In this document: positions 1 to 8,298 of the stretch, in pieces
Layout of the letters: every line of letters starts with the position of its first letter
Position numbering within the stretch: the stretch's first letter is position 1
Assembly: GCA_964195965.1 (NCBI GenBank)
Contig: CAXMRF010000004.1
Location: forward strand, 1 to 58,825
Direction: 5' to 3'
Length of the DNA stretch: 58,825 nt
Source of the DNA: an uncultured Nitrosomonadaceae bacterium
GTDB lineage: Bacteria > Chloroflexota > Anaerolineae > Anaerolineales > UBA11858
Position numbers and translations under genes: made by a program
The notes under the pieces: model-generated
What the model saw: the letters and a program-made list of their open reading frames with translations, nothing else
What the model was told of the DNA's origin: nothing
The model's database searches: none

Positions 1-504
1 GGTGGGCAACCAGGAAATCCCCGCTACCTGGGGGAAAAATGGGGTATTTGATTTAAACGTTCCATCGCAATTTTTGGTCCAATTATCTGCGTACAGCGAC
101 CAGACCCCATCTCCGTCGTTAGGTTTTCGATCCACAACTACATTATTATCAATTGTAAAAATTGAGATCGTAATATCATCTGTCGCAGGATCCAGGGTAA
201 TATCCTGGTTAAAATTTGTGCCGATAATCACGCAAGCTGAATCCAGATAATAATGCAAAGCATCATCCTCGCAGGCGCTGATGGGATAGTTGCTCATGTC
301 CCCGGTCAGAACTTCTGGGTCCCGGTCAGCCGCAAATCTGGCAGCCTCCCTGACCACATCCAACAAGGACAGGTAGTTATACATAATCGCCCCAACTTCC
401 ACAAAAGCAATCAACAAAAACAATAATAAGGGCAGCACTATCGCCAATTCGACGAAGCTCTGCCCTGTATTTTTGCCCGAAGAGCCCTTAAGTTTGCTTT
501 TCAT
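1..504 (-). CDS. TadE/TadG-like Flp-pilus assembly protein (C-terminus lies beyond the window start)
   Basis: Not in the ORF track because it stays open to position 1. My reverse translation from ATG 504..502 reads MKSKLKGSSGKNTGQSFVELAIVLPLLLFLLIAFVEVGAIMYNYLSLLDVVREAARF..., the TadE-type N-terminal hydrophobic segment. The listed + ORF 2..250 is its antisense shadow. Confidence 0.6.
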   Translation of the reverse strand, partial: MKSKLKGSSGKNTGQSFVELAIVLPLLLFLLIAFVEVGAIMYNYLSLLDVVREAARFAADRDPEVLTGDMSNYPISACEDDALHYYLDSACVIIGTNFNQDITLDPATDDITISIFTIDNNVVVDRKPNDGDGVWSLYADNWTKNCDGTFKSNTPFFPQVAGISWLPT

Positions 505-569
505 TTTTCTTTCCCAGTTTAATATCTTTATTATATCGATAGAAAGTTCCAGCGTCAAACTTAAATCTC

Positions 570-687
570 TATCTAACAAAATTGCAAAGAATGTTGTTAT
601 TTTTAGATAACAACAGAGAACGCCATTCTTTACTCCCTCAATTATATAGTGATTTGCAACTTCTGGTGTTGATAATTTTGTTAGATA
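570..687. repeat. Nested inverted repeats in the divergent intergenic region: a 14-bp IR flanking a 9-bp hairpin
   Basis: tatctaacaaaatt (570..583) is the exact reverse complement of aattttgttagata (674..687). Between them tgttgttat (592..600) and ataacaaca (607..615) form a perfect 9-bp palindrome. All four arms share the half-site TTGTTA/TAACAA. Confidence 0.5.
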
Positions 688-834
688 AAATAGGCTGAAA
701 TTATCCTTTCCTGGTGAAATTTTAACTACCTCTTCTGTAAATTCTTCATAAGACCTATACAATTAATGGTCAAAACATCCCTGAATCAGGTAAAATATCC
801 TTATGCAATATCGGTTAAAAGGGTGGTGTTTTTT

Positions 835-1050
835 ATGAAATCAATCACACTGAACGTTCAACCCACTGTTGAGGCTCTCAGGGATCAATCCATCCTGGAG
901 GAAAATGGAATCCGGGCTGTGGTTGTTCCTTATCACAAAGCACCTTCATTTTATGTTGGAGATAACCTGATTTCAGAGCTGCGGGTCATGGACGATCAGG
1001 AAAAACAAGCCCGGGAAATTTTGAATCTGCCGGATGATCCTGCAGATTAG
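835..1050 (+). CDS. Small hypothetical protein (possibly DUF2007-like)
   Basis: ORF 766..1050. I prefer the internal ATG at 835 (MKSITLNVQ...), which has a purine-rich GGGTGG stretch upstream. The resemblance to small signal-transducing-like proteins is weak. Confidence 0.4.
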   Translation: MKSITLNVQPTVEALRDQSILEENGIRAVVVPYHKAPSFYVGDNLISELRVMDDQEKQAREILNLPDDPAD

Positions 1051-1084
1051 CTCCCACCCCTGTTCTTAATCACAAAGCTCTACT

Positions 1085-1113
1085 AAAAAACCTCAAATTT
1101 ATTGAGGTTTTTT
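1085..1113. terminator. Bidirectional rho-independent terminator between convergent genes
   Basis: aaaaaa-CCTCAA-attta-TTGAGG-tttttt. A 6-bp stem flanked by an A-run and a T-run. Confidence 0.5.
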
Positions 1114-1339
1114 AGCGCATGATTCGGATCGCCTCATTAGGGCATTCACTGATACATTCTGTACATCCCAGGCACATAGCGGGATATAAATCAGGCATCT
1201 CACCTGGTTTTTCCTGTTTAAGGACATTTTTCTTGCAAACCAGGGCTGCTGCACAAACACCCTCTTCGCAGCAGGAAGGATCGCAGCGCTGATAATCCAG
1301 GGCGACCTTAGTCTGAGGCACGAGATTCGTTCTCCTCAT
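1112..1339 (-). CDS. Small 4Fe-4S ferredoxin-domain protein
   Basis: 75 aa with 9 Cys. It has a canonical CLGCTECISECP motif plus an atypical CDPSCCEEGVCAAALVC motif. It lies immediately downstream of nuoI on the same strand. Confidence 0.65.
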   Translation of the reverse strand: MRRTNLVPQTKVALDYQRCDPSCCEEGVCAAALVCKKNVLKQEKPGEMPDLYPAMCLGCTECISECPNEAIRIMR

Positions 1340-1484
1340 CCAGCTGGAGTTGTTCCAGTTTCTCTTCCAACTCTTCCAGTTCTAATAACATGGCGGCTGG
1401 AATTGAGTGTGCGGGCAAGGATTTTTTAATTTCCTCAATCTCCTGCTCAATTTCTTCCAACCGCCAATTTTCATTCGTTTTCAA
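1308..1484 (-). CDS. Possible 58-aa acidic coiled-coil ORF (below the track cutoff)
   Basis: My translation from TTG 1484 reads KTNENWRLEEIEQEIEEIKKSLPAHSIPAAMLLELEELEEKLEQLQLDEENESRASD, with stop 1308..1310. It fills the nuoI-ferredoxin gap and overlaps the ferredoxin start by 32 nt. No SD was verified. Confidence 0.3.
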   Translation of the reverse strand: MKTNENWRLEEIEQEIEEIKKSLPAHSIPAAMLLELEELEEKLEQLQLDEENESRASD

Positions 1485-1519
1485 ATTAAATGATCCCTAC
1501 TAATAAATTAAAACCTGGA

Positions 1520-2125
1520 TTACTTCGGACGCCTTCGTGCGGCCTTCTTCGCTTCTGCTTCCGCTTTGATCTGTAGTTCCAAAGCATAATTGACTGGCCG
1601 AATCTCAGCATAATAGGAAGCTGGTTTTAATAACCTCTCCAGTTTGTGGATATTGCTTTCCATACGCTCATAACCAGCAAGTTCATAATCATGATCCATT
1701 TTTATCGCGTCAAACGGACAATATTCCGCGCAATAGCCACAGTTCATGCATAAATCAATATCTATGGCAAATTCAGCAGGCGTCTTGATGGGTTTCCCGG
1801 TTTCCGGATCTTCCGCCCGGGTAATCCAAATACACTGGGAGGGGCACACTTTGCTGCAGATGCCGCAAGCAGTACAGCGGGGCACTTTTTCGCCATCCAC
1901 CTCGTCATAAACTAGGAAAGGCACATATCGGAAAGCCTCAGCTGTTGGCAATTTTTCTTCAGGATAGTTCACCGTGAAAATGCCTTTTGTATCCGGGGTC
2001 ATTCGCTGACGAACACCCTCTTCTGTGTAATAGCGCTTCCGACCTGCCCTGATGTCTTCTGCGTAGGTATCATAAATATGTTTAAGGGTGACACCCAATC
2101 CCTTGATAATCCCAAATCCTTTCAT
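1520..2125 (-). CDS. nuoI: NADH-quinone oxidoreductase subunit I
   Basis: Two CxxCxxCxxxCP motifs (CTACGICSKVCP, CMNCGYCAEYCP). GGAG SD upstream. Follows nuoCD. Confidence 0.9.
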   Translation of the reverse strand: MKGFGIIKGLGVTLKHIYDTYAEDIRAGRKRYYTEEGVRQRMTPDTKGIFTVNYPEEKLPTAEAFRYVPFLVYDEVDGEKVPRCTACGICSKVCPSQCIWITRAEDPETGKPIKTPAEFAIDIDLCMNCGYCAEYCPFDAIKMDHDYELAGYERMESNIHKLERLLKPASYYAEIRPVNYALELQIKAEAEAKKAARRRPK

Positions 2126-2152
2126 AAATCTCTCCAGAGGTGATGCACTGAG

Positions 2153-3904
2153 TTAACGGTCTACTTCTCCGAGCACGATATCAATGGAACCAAGGATGGC
2201 AACCAGGTCGGCCACTTTTTCTCCCAGGCTCATTTCACGCAATCCTGTCAGGTTGATAAATGATGGCGCCCGGACGTGATAACGCCAGGGGTTATCTGTT
2301 CCATCAGAAACAACATAAAATCCTAATTCACCTTTGGGCCCTTCTACACGCCCATACGCCTCGCCTTTAGGCATTCGGAACTTATAGGCTGCTTTGTTAG
2401 CCAGGAAATCTCCATCTGGTAACCCGTCAATCGCCTGCTGCAAAATGCGGATGCTCTGCCGTATTTCATCAAAACGGATCAAGAAACGATCATATACATC
2501 ACCATGGTATCGAACTGCAACATCAAAATCAAAGCGGTCATAAATACTATAAGGCTCGGCCCTGCGGATGTCATAAGGCACCCCTGAGGCCCGGAGCACA
2601 GGCCCCACGGCGGATAAACCAATGGCCTGTTCAGGAGTTAGAACACCAACACCTGCACTCCTGGAAACAACAATTTCATTTTCCACCAGGTAGCGATCCA
2701 ATTCATCGATCTGCCTGGGGAGACGATCGTAGACCAATTTACGAATATGGTCTTCCATCCCTTCCGGCAAATCACGGACCACGCCGCCAAATCGGAAGTA
2801 ATTACACATCATTCTGGATCCTGCTACAGCTTCAAAAATATCCAGGATCAGTTCCCGTTCCTTAATGGTATAAAGCGCCGGGGTGAAGTAAGCGCCCAGG
2901 TCATTTAAGAAAAAGCCGATGGCCATAAAATGGTTCAAAACTCTGGTCAGTTCTGCCATAATAACCCGGATATATTCAGCCCTTTCCGGAGGCCGGTATT
3001 TTTCACCCAAGAGTTTTTCAACAGTCAGCGCATAGCCGAAGTTGTTGCTCATGGAACAGAAATAGTCCAGTCGATCCGTATAGGGCATATTCATCGCATA
3101 GGTGTTGCGTTCGCCTATCTTCTCATGATTGCGGTGCAAATAACCCATCACCGGCTCCAGATCGACAACCGTCTCCCCTTCCAGGGTGGCTACCATCCGA
3201 AAAACACCATGCGTGGAAGGGTGCTGGGGACCCAGGTTTACCACCAATTGTTCTGTTTCAATGCCAGGGTCATCCTGCACAAGGGGCAGGGAACCTTGAA
3301 ATAGCAGCTCTTCTCCATCAGGAATCCAGGTTTCCGGATTAAATCCCTTGGGATAAGCAATGTTTTCTTGATAGGGATTCTGGTCCTCAATTTTGGAAAC
3401 CTTGCCTTCCGGCCAACGATCTTCGTAAGGTTTAAATTCACCCTCATAAAATACTTCCTGCCAGTCTTTCCTCAAAGGATGTCCTGCAAATCCTTCCCAC
3501 ATCAAAATACGTTTTAGATTGGGATGTCCTTCAAATCGAATACCCAGCAAATCCCAGGCTTCCCGTTCTTGAAAATCCGCTCCAGGAAATAAGCCTACCA
3601 GGGATGGGACTACAGGATTGGACCGAGGAAGCTGAACCTTAATTTCTAAAATTGGGCCTCCGGTGGATTTAAACAGATGGTAAACCACTTCCATTTGTTC
3701 TTCCTGCAGGTAATCCACACCGGTAACCGAGGTCAGGTGATCATAACCAAATTCATCACGTAGGGATTCCATCATGGCAAGTAAATTTTTCTGATCGACC
3801 AACAAGCCCTGGAATCCTTCCCTTTGATCCACTTCTGCCCAATCAGGAAACCGCGTTAACACTTCCTGTTCATACGATTTAATTTCTTTAATTTGTTCGT
3901 TCAT
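2153..3904 (-). CDS. nuoCD: Fused NADH-quinone oxidoreductase subunits C and D
   Basis: 583 aa. The N-terminal half has NuoC-like motifs ([26 protein letters not shown]). The C-terminal half has NuoD-like motifs ([14 protein letters not shown] ... GEVDR at the C-terminus). 4-nt overlap with the nuoB stop. Confidence 0.9.
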   Translation of the reverse strand: MNEQIKEIKSYEQEVLTRFPDWAEVDQREGFQGLLVDQKNLLAMMESLRDEFGYDHLTSVTGVDYLQEEQMEVVYHLFKSTGGPILEIKVQLPRSNPVVPSLVGLFPGADFQEREAWDLLGIRFEGHPNLKRILMWEGFAGHPLRKDWQEVFYEGEFKPYEDRWPEGKVSKIEDQNPYQENIAYPKGFNPETWIPDGEELLFQGSLPLVQDDPGIETEQLVVNLGPQHPSTHGVFRMVATLEGETVVDLEPVMGYLHRNHEKIGERNTYAMNMPYTDRLDYFCSMSNNFGYALTVEKLLGEKYRPPERAEYIRVIMAELTRVLNHFMAIGFFLNDLGAYFTPALYTIKERELILDIFEAVAGSRMMCNYFRFGGVVRDLPEGMEDHIRKLVYDRLPRQIDELDRYLVENEIVVSRSAGVGVLTPEQAIGLSAVGPVLRASGVPYDIRRAEPYSIYDRFDFDVAVRYHGDVYDRFLIRFDEIRQSIRILQQAIDGLPDGDFLANKAAYKFRMPKGEAYGRVEGPKGELGFYVVSDGTDNPWRYHVRAPSFINLTGLREMSLGEKVADLVAILGSIDIVLGEVDR

Positions 3905-4527
3905 ACCTGGTTTTCCTTGTCCTGGATTTTCTTCATCAGTTCTGGATAATCTCTTACATCAATCAGGTCTGGACCAAGGATGGGAACAGGAATACCTTCG
4001 TCATCCCCCTTCTGATACCAACTGACCTCTTTGATTGATTGGTTGTCTATCTTTTCCTGAATTTTGATCAAACCGTACAGCAAGGCTTGGGGAGTGGGAG
4101 GGCATCCGGGAACATAAACATCAACTGGTATATATTTATCAACCCCCGCAATCACGTTATACCCGCGCTTAAATGGTCCGCCGCCTGATGCACAGGCACC
4201 CATGGATAAAACGTATTTAGGTTCTGGCATCTGGTTATACAATCTGACAACCTGCGGAATCATCTTTTTGGTCACTGTCCCTGAAACAATCATCAAATCA
4301 CACTGGCGGGGACTCGGACGCATAATTTCCATTCCGAACCGGGCCATATCAAATCGGGCACCAGCAGTGGCTATCATTTCAATTGCGCAGCACGCCAACC
4401 CAAAAAACATGGGCCAAACAGAATACCGCCGGCCCCAGTTATAAATTCGATCCAGGGTGGTGATGGCAACAGTCCCCTCTAATTCAGGGGGAATGCTGTA
4501 TTCAGGTTTATTCAATTCACTCGACAT
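3901..4527 (-). CDS. nuoB: NADH-quinone oxidoreductase subunit B
   Basis: [16 protein letters not shown] and GCPP motifs (cluster N2 ligands). Start placed at ATG 4527 (MSSELNK), which is preceded by a GAGGAG SD. The track ORF extends to 4608. Confidence 0.9.
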   Translation of the reverse strand: MSSELNKPEYSIPPELEGTVAITTLDRIYNWGRRYSVWPMFFGLACCAIEMIATAGARFDMARFGMEIMRPSPRQCDLMIVSGTVTKKMIPQVVRLYNQMPEPKYVLSMGACASGGGPFKRGYNVIAGVDKYIPVDVYVPGCPPTPQALLYGLIKIQEKIDNQSIKEVSWYQKGDDEGIPVPILGPDLIDVRDYPELMKKIQDKENQV

Positions 4528-4578
4528 GAATAACGCTCCTCGTAACGAACAAGGTGGGTGTTGATTAAGTTCTTTCCT

Positions 4579-4608
4579 ATTATATTGCCCCTCACCATTC
4601 CTTGTCAA
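4579..4608 (-). promoter_or_regulatory. Sigma70-type promoter for nuoB-nuoCD-nuoI
   Basis: The minus strand reads TTGACA-18 nt-TATAAT, about 50 nt upstream of the nuoB start. Confidence 0.45.
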
Positions 4609-4616
4609 TAATTTTT

Positions 4617-4638
4617 AAAACAAAATTATTTTTGTTTT
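4617..4638. promoter_or_regulatory. Candidate operator: perfect 9-bp inverted repeat with a 4-nt spacer
   Basis: aaaacaaaa-ttat-ttttgtttt. It lies just upstream of the nuoB -35 and over the -35 region of the divergent regulator gene. Confidence 0.3.
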
Positions 4639-4665
4639 ATTACCCGGCCATGATATACTGTTTTT

Positions 4666-5271
4666 ATGCAAGTTACCCGACAAAAAATATTAGCCTACCT
4701 GAAAACCCATCCCAGCTCATCTGCAGTAGAAATCAGCCGGTTTCTGGAGATGACCCCGGCCAATATCCGGTATCACTTGGAAATTCTAGGTAATAAAGGG
4801 ACAATTCAGATAACTGGAAATCGACCAGTTATTGGCTCAGGACGGCCAATTTTGCTTTATAATCTCAGCTCTCAGGCTTTGGGTGAAAATACAATCCCCC
4901 TGCTTCGGGGGATTTTAGATGTGCTAGCAGATCACGAAGATCGCGATCTGCTTATCCAAGATATTGCAGATCAATTAGTAAACCATAAACAGGAAATTTC
5001 AAAAAACCGGATTACACGATTTAATGAAGCTGTGGTGCATCTAAATAAGAACAACTACCACGCCAGCTGGAGGGCAACCCCTGATGGGCCCCAGGTTGAA
5101 TTGAGGCACTGCCCCTATCAAAATTTAGCTCAAACCCATCCTCATCTTTGCCAGCTGGATGAGCAAATTCTATCGGCGTTATTTCAAACACCTCTGGGAT
5201 TGATTCACAAGCGTACCTTTGCAAACAATCCCTTCTCCCCCTGCATTTTTAAACCAACTGATCATCATTAA
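4666..5271 (+). CDS. HTH transcriptional regulator, SufR-like layout (N-terminal winged helix, C-terminal Cys motif)
   Basis: N-terminus QKILAYLKTHPSSSAVEISRFLEMTPANIRYHLEIL. C-terminus HCPYQNLAQTHPHLCQLDE...SPC (C-x12-C-x30-C). Divergent from nuoB. Confidence 0.7.
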   Translation: MQVTRQKILAYLKTHPSSSAVEISRFLEMTPANIRYHLEILGNKGTIQITGNRPVIGSGRPILLYNLSSQALGENTIPLLRGILDVLADHEDRDLLIQDIADQLVNHKQEISKNRITRFNEAVVHLNKNNYHASWRATPDGPQVELRHCPYQNLAQTHPHLCQLDEQILSALFQTPLGLIHKRTFANNPFSPCIFKPTDHH

Positions 5272-5298
5272 GAAACGGATTAATCCGCTGTTCTTCTC

Positions 5299-5700
5299 TT
5301 AGTGATTATGTCCCTGACCGTGCTGGTGATCTCCATGGCCATGAGCTTCACTCTCTGCACAAGATGATGCTCCCCGCAGTTCTCCATCTAAAAAGCAGGT
5401 TACTGCTTCCTGGACAGTACCACTGGCACCTGTTGCTGTATCAATTCCAAATTGGTTAAAGAATTGAATTGCCCTGCCTCCCATCCCGCCACTGAGCATT
5501 ACATCCGCGTTTTGTTCCTTGATAAATCCAGGGACCTGACCGGGTTCGTGGCCAGCAAAAAATGGATTTTCAATCACTTTAACAGATTGAATTTCTTTTC
5601 CCTCCACTTCAACAAGCCCAAAAAATGGACAGCGGCCAAAATGGTGGGCCACCAGGCTGTCTAGTCCCTGATTTGTTTCAATCGAAACTGCTATACGCAT
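5299..5700 (-). CDS. NifX/NifB-C-terminal-like (dinitrogenase FeMo-cofactor-binding fold) protein with a His-rich tail
   Basis: MRIAVS...HFGRCPFF...MLSGGMGGRAI pattern typical of the family. The C-terminus is HGHGDHQHGQGHNH. Confidence 0.75.
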   Translation of the reverse strand: MRIAVSIETNQGLDSLVAHHFGRCPFFGLVEVEGKEIQSVKVIENPFFAGHEPGQVPGFIKEQNADVMLSGGMGGRAIQFFNQFGIDTATGASGTVQEAVTCFLDGELRGASSCAESEAHGHGDHQHGQGHNH

Positions 5701-5798
5701 AATTTTTTCTCCTCATTAATATAAACTATTCCAGTTCTCAGGGTCAAAATAATCCTTTTTCCCATGATAACTGCTTTGCCTTTCCAACTCTGAGAACC

Positions 5799-6098
5799 TC
5801 AGCGGTTGATCAGGAATGTTAATTGTTCTGCGCCGACATAATTTGATATTTTTATCTCTTGGGCTGTTACGCCCGGCACTTGTGAAACAGCAACCTTAAT
5901 TTGTTGCGCTAATGATACCGCAATTGGACAAACAGGTGAAGAAGGACGAAAAGTATATTTTACCTGACCTTCTTCATTAACTTGCAAATCTTCAATTAAT
6001 CGCATCCGAATCACATCTGCCCGGGTCTCCGGGTCTATTACCAAACTCAAACGGGCCAGGATTAATGCTTCCAATTTGTCAGATTTATTTTGAGTCAT
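5799..6098 (-). CDS. DUF59/SufT-like metal-sulfur cluster assembly protein
   Basis: LSLVIDPETRADVIRMRLIEDL...PSSPVCPIA motif. Start placed at ATG 6098, which forms an ATGA overlap with the upstream gene's stop. Confidence 0.7.
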   Translation of the reverse strand: MTQNKSDKLEALILARLSLVIDPETRADVIRMRLIEDLQVNEEGQVKYTFRPSSPVCPIAVSLAQQIKVAVSQVPGVTAQEIKISNYVGAEQLTFLINR

Positions 6099-6997
6099 TT
6101 TTCCATTTCCTGCAATACTTTCATCACCTCTTCCCAGACCCAACGAATAGAAACGCTGGCAGCTGATTCTTTTTGATACTCTGTTACCGGTTTCCCCAGA
6201 ACGATTGATTCAGGGACTGCTGTATCATAAGGAATTTTCCCCACAACCCTGATTCCTTCCTGCTGGCAGAATTCTTCAATTTCATTTGTACCCTGAGGAT
6301 AGATATCCGCTTTATTAATACAAACCAGCGCCTGTACACCAAAATGTGCAGTCGTTTTAAGGACCCTATGCATATCATGCACCCCAGAGGCAGTTGGTTC
6401 CGCCACAATTAGGGCCAAATCAGCTCCTGAAACCGCAGATATCACCGGGCATCCAATGCCAGGTGGACCATCTACAAGAACAAGATCATAGGCTTCATCA
6501 AGGGCTAAAAGCCGCGCTTGCTGTTTGACAATAGTAACAAGCTTGCCTGAATTTTCCTGGGCCGGGAACAACATCGCATGGAATAAAGGACCATATTTGC
6601 TATCGGATTGATACCATTCCCCTGCCATTTCTTCTTTCATCTGAATAGCTTTTTCAGGACATTGATAAACACAGGCAGCACAACCTTCACAAGCAATCGG
6701 ATCTATGGAATAAATACCCTCTTTGATATTGACTGCGTCAAACCGGCAAACCTCCGCGCAAATGCCGCACGCAGTACAATCCTCGGGGGCTATTTCTGCT
6801 ATTGAGCCCCCCCAAAATTCCTCTCTGCTTACGGAAGAAGGGGAAAGAACCAGCTCCAAATTTGCCGCATCAACATCAGCATCTGAGATAACAGTTTTAA
6901 ATGGGGTATTTTGTTGAGAAAGTAGGTGTGCGAACGATGCAGCCACACTGGTTTTTCCAGTGCCACCTTTCCCACTGAGAATCACTAATTGTTTCAT
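6095..6997 (-). CDS. MinD/CooC-superfamily P-loop ATPase with an inserted 2x[4Fe-4S] ferredoxin domain (COG1149-type), copy 2
   Basis: Deviant Walker A SGKGGTGKTS. CTACGICAEVC and CEGCAACVYQCP motifs. DGPPGIGCPV motif. Confidence 0.8.
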   Translation of the reverse strand: MKQLVILSGKGGTGKTSVAASFAHLLSQQNTPFKTVISDADVDAANLELVLSPSSVSREEFWGGSIAEIAPEDCTACGICAEVCRFDAVNIKEGIYSIDPIACEGCAACVYQCPEKAIQMKEEMAGEWYQSDSKYGPLFHAMLFPAQENSGKLVTIVKQQARLLALDEAYDLVLVDGPPGIGCPVISAVSGADLALIVAEPTASGVHDMHRVLKTTAHFGVQALVCINKADIYPQGTNEIEEFCQQEGIRVVGKIPYDTAVPESIVLGKPVTEYQKESAASVSIRWVWEEVMKVLQEMEK

Positions 6998-7863
6998 ATT
7001 TGGTCTACACCTGGTAGAGCATCTTTAATCTTGAGATAGAGCTGCTGGAATGGAATTTCATATTCAGGGTTAATTTCTAGAAGTGTTTTTCCCCGTGCGA
7101 TTCCCTGGCCGATCTTGCGCTCAATCGGGATTCGCATCAATATATCTAATCCTTCCTCTTTGCAATACTGTTCCACACCTGAATCGCCAATGCCATCCCG
7201 GTTGATGATAACCCCCGCAGGGATTCCCAGCTCCCGGGTAACGCCATAAGCCTGCCTTAAATCATGCAATCCAAACGGGGTAGGCTCTGTGACCAGGATT
7301 GTATAATCTGTTCCCCGGAGGGACTCCACAACAGGACAGGATGTTCCTGGAGGAGAATCAATAATAACAATTTCCTCCTCATTCAAACCCTGCCACTTCT
7401 TCAGGGTCCTGATTACCGGAACGGCCATCGGTTCACCAATATCAAGTATTCCATGTCCAAATTTAATCCCCTCTGAAGATAGCCCTCCTTCTAATTGACC
7501 AATCTTGTTTGGGATTTCAGTAATGGCTTTTTCAGGACATTCCAGCGTGCAGCTGCCACAACCATGGCACATTTCTGGGAATACCAGAGTTTGTCCGCCC
7601 ACCACAACAATAGCGTGATATTGGCATACTTCCGCACAACGACCGCAGCCATTACAAAGCTCGGCGTTGACACTGGGAATCCAGATATTTACATCCTCGA
7701 ACTGATTTAATTCAGGCTTGATGAAGATATGTGAATTAGGCGCTTCTACATCACAATCTAATAACGATACTGAATACTTGGCCCTCGAGAGAACTTGAGC
7801 AAAAGCAGTTGCGATTGTTGTTTTACCTGTTCCACCTTTTCCGCTGGCGATTGAAATTTTCAT
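6994..7863 (-). CDS. MinD/CooC-superfamily P-loop ATPase with an inserted 2x[4Fe-4S] ferredoxin domain (COG1149-type), copy 1
   Basis: SGKGGTGKTT. CNGCGRCAEVC and CHGCGSCTLECP motifs. DSPPGTSCPV motif. ATG 7863 is preferred over the TTG at 7869. 4-nt overlap with copy 2. Confidence 0.8.
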   Translation of the reverse strand: MKISIASGKGGTGKTTIATAFAQVLSRAKYSVSLLDCDVEAPNSHIFIKPELNQFEDVNIWIPSVNAELCNGCGRCAEVCQYHAIVVVGGQTLVFPEMCHGCGSCTLECPEKAITEIPNKIGQLEGGLSSEGIKFGHGILDIGEPMAVPVIRTLKKWQGLNEEEIVIIDSPPGTSCPVVESLRGTDYTILVTEPTPFGLHDLRQAYGVTRELGIPAGVIINRDGIGDSGVEQYCKEEGLDILMRIPIERKIGQGIARGKTLLEINPEYEIPFQQLYLKIKDALPGVDQI

Positions 7864-7875
7864 AAGCAATCGCTC

Positions 7876-8235
7876 TTAATGATGCATTTCCGGGCCGGTT
7901 GCGGATTTAACTTCTTCCAGGGTTCCCGAATTGAACCGGTTCAACAGATCCTCAGGGGAGCCTGCGTCGGCAATGAAGGCCCGGATACCTGCGGCTTCCA
8001 GTGTCTTATACGCGTTAGGGCCATAACGCCCTGTAATCGTTGCCTCGATCTCGGATTTTGCGAGAAACTCGACTGCCTGTGGTCCTGCACCTCCACGAGC
8101 GCTCAAAGCAGGGTTAGGTTTAGATTCCCATGCTCCTGTATCCGTATCAATAAATATAAAATACTGGCAGCGGCCAAATCGGGGGCTGAATTCTGTATTG
8201 AATTTGCCATCGGGTGAAGATACTGCAATTTTCAT
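7876..8235 (-). CDS. NifX/NifB-C-terminal-like protein
   Basis: MKIAVSS...RFGRCQYFIFID...ITGRYGPNAY pattern of the family. Confidence 0.75.
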   Translation of the reverse strand: MKIAVSSPDGKFNTEFSPRFGRCQYFIFIDTDTGAWESKPNPALSARGGAGPQAVEFLAKSEIEATITGRYGPNAYKTLEAAGIRAFIADAGSPEDLLNRFNSGTLEEVKSATGPEMHH

Positions 8236-8298
8236 GTTGATTCCTTATCTTTAAATATTCCAGAAACGACTGGAAAGTTATTTAATATATTAACTAAA

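Noticed and set aside
2-250. Listed + strand ORF (82 aa) at the window start
   Set aside because: The opposite strand across 1..504 encodes a clear TadE-like N-terminus (FVELAIVLPLLLFLL). The + ORF has no recognisable motif and is best explained as an antisense shadow.
2930-3447. ORFs antisense to or overlapping nuoCD (2930..3304 +, 3238..3447 -), and the many similar 60-150 aa ORFs inside nuoL/M/N/H, murE, leuS, valS, fadD, nrdJ and others
   Set aside because: They lie wholly inside strongly supported long genes and lack SD sequences. Their composition is low-complexity or biased, as is typical of shadow frames.
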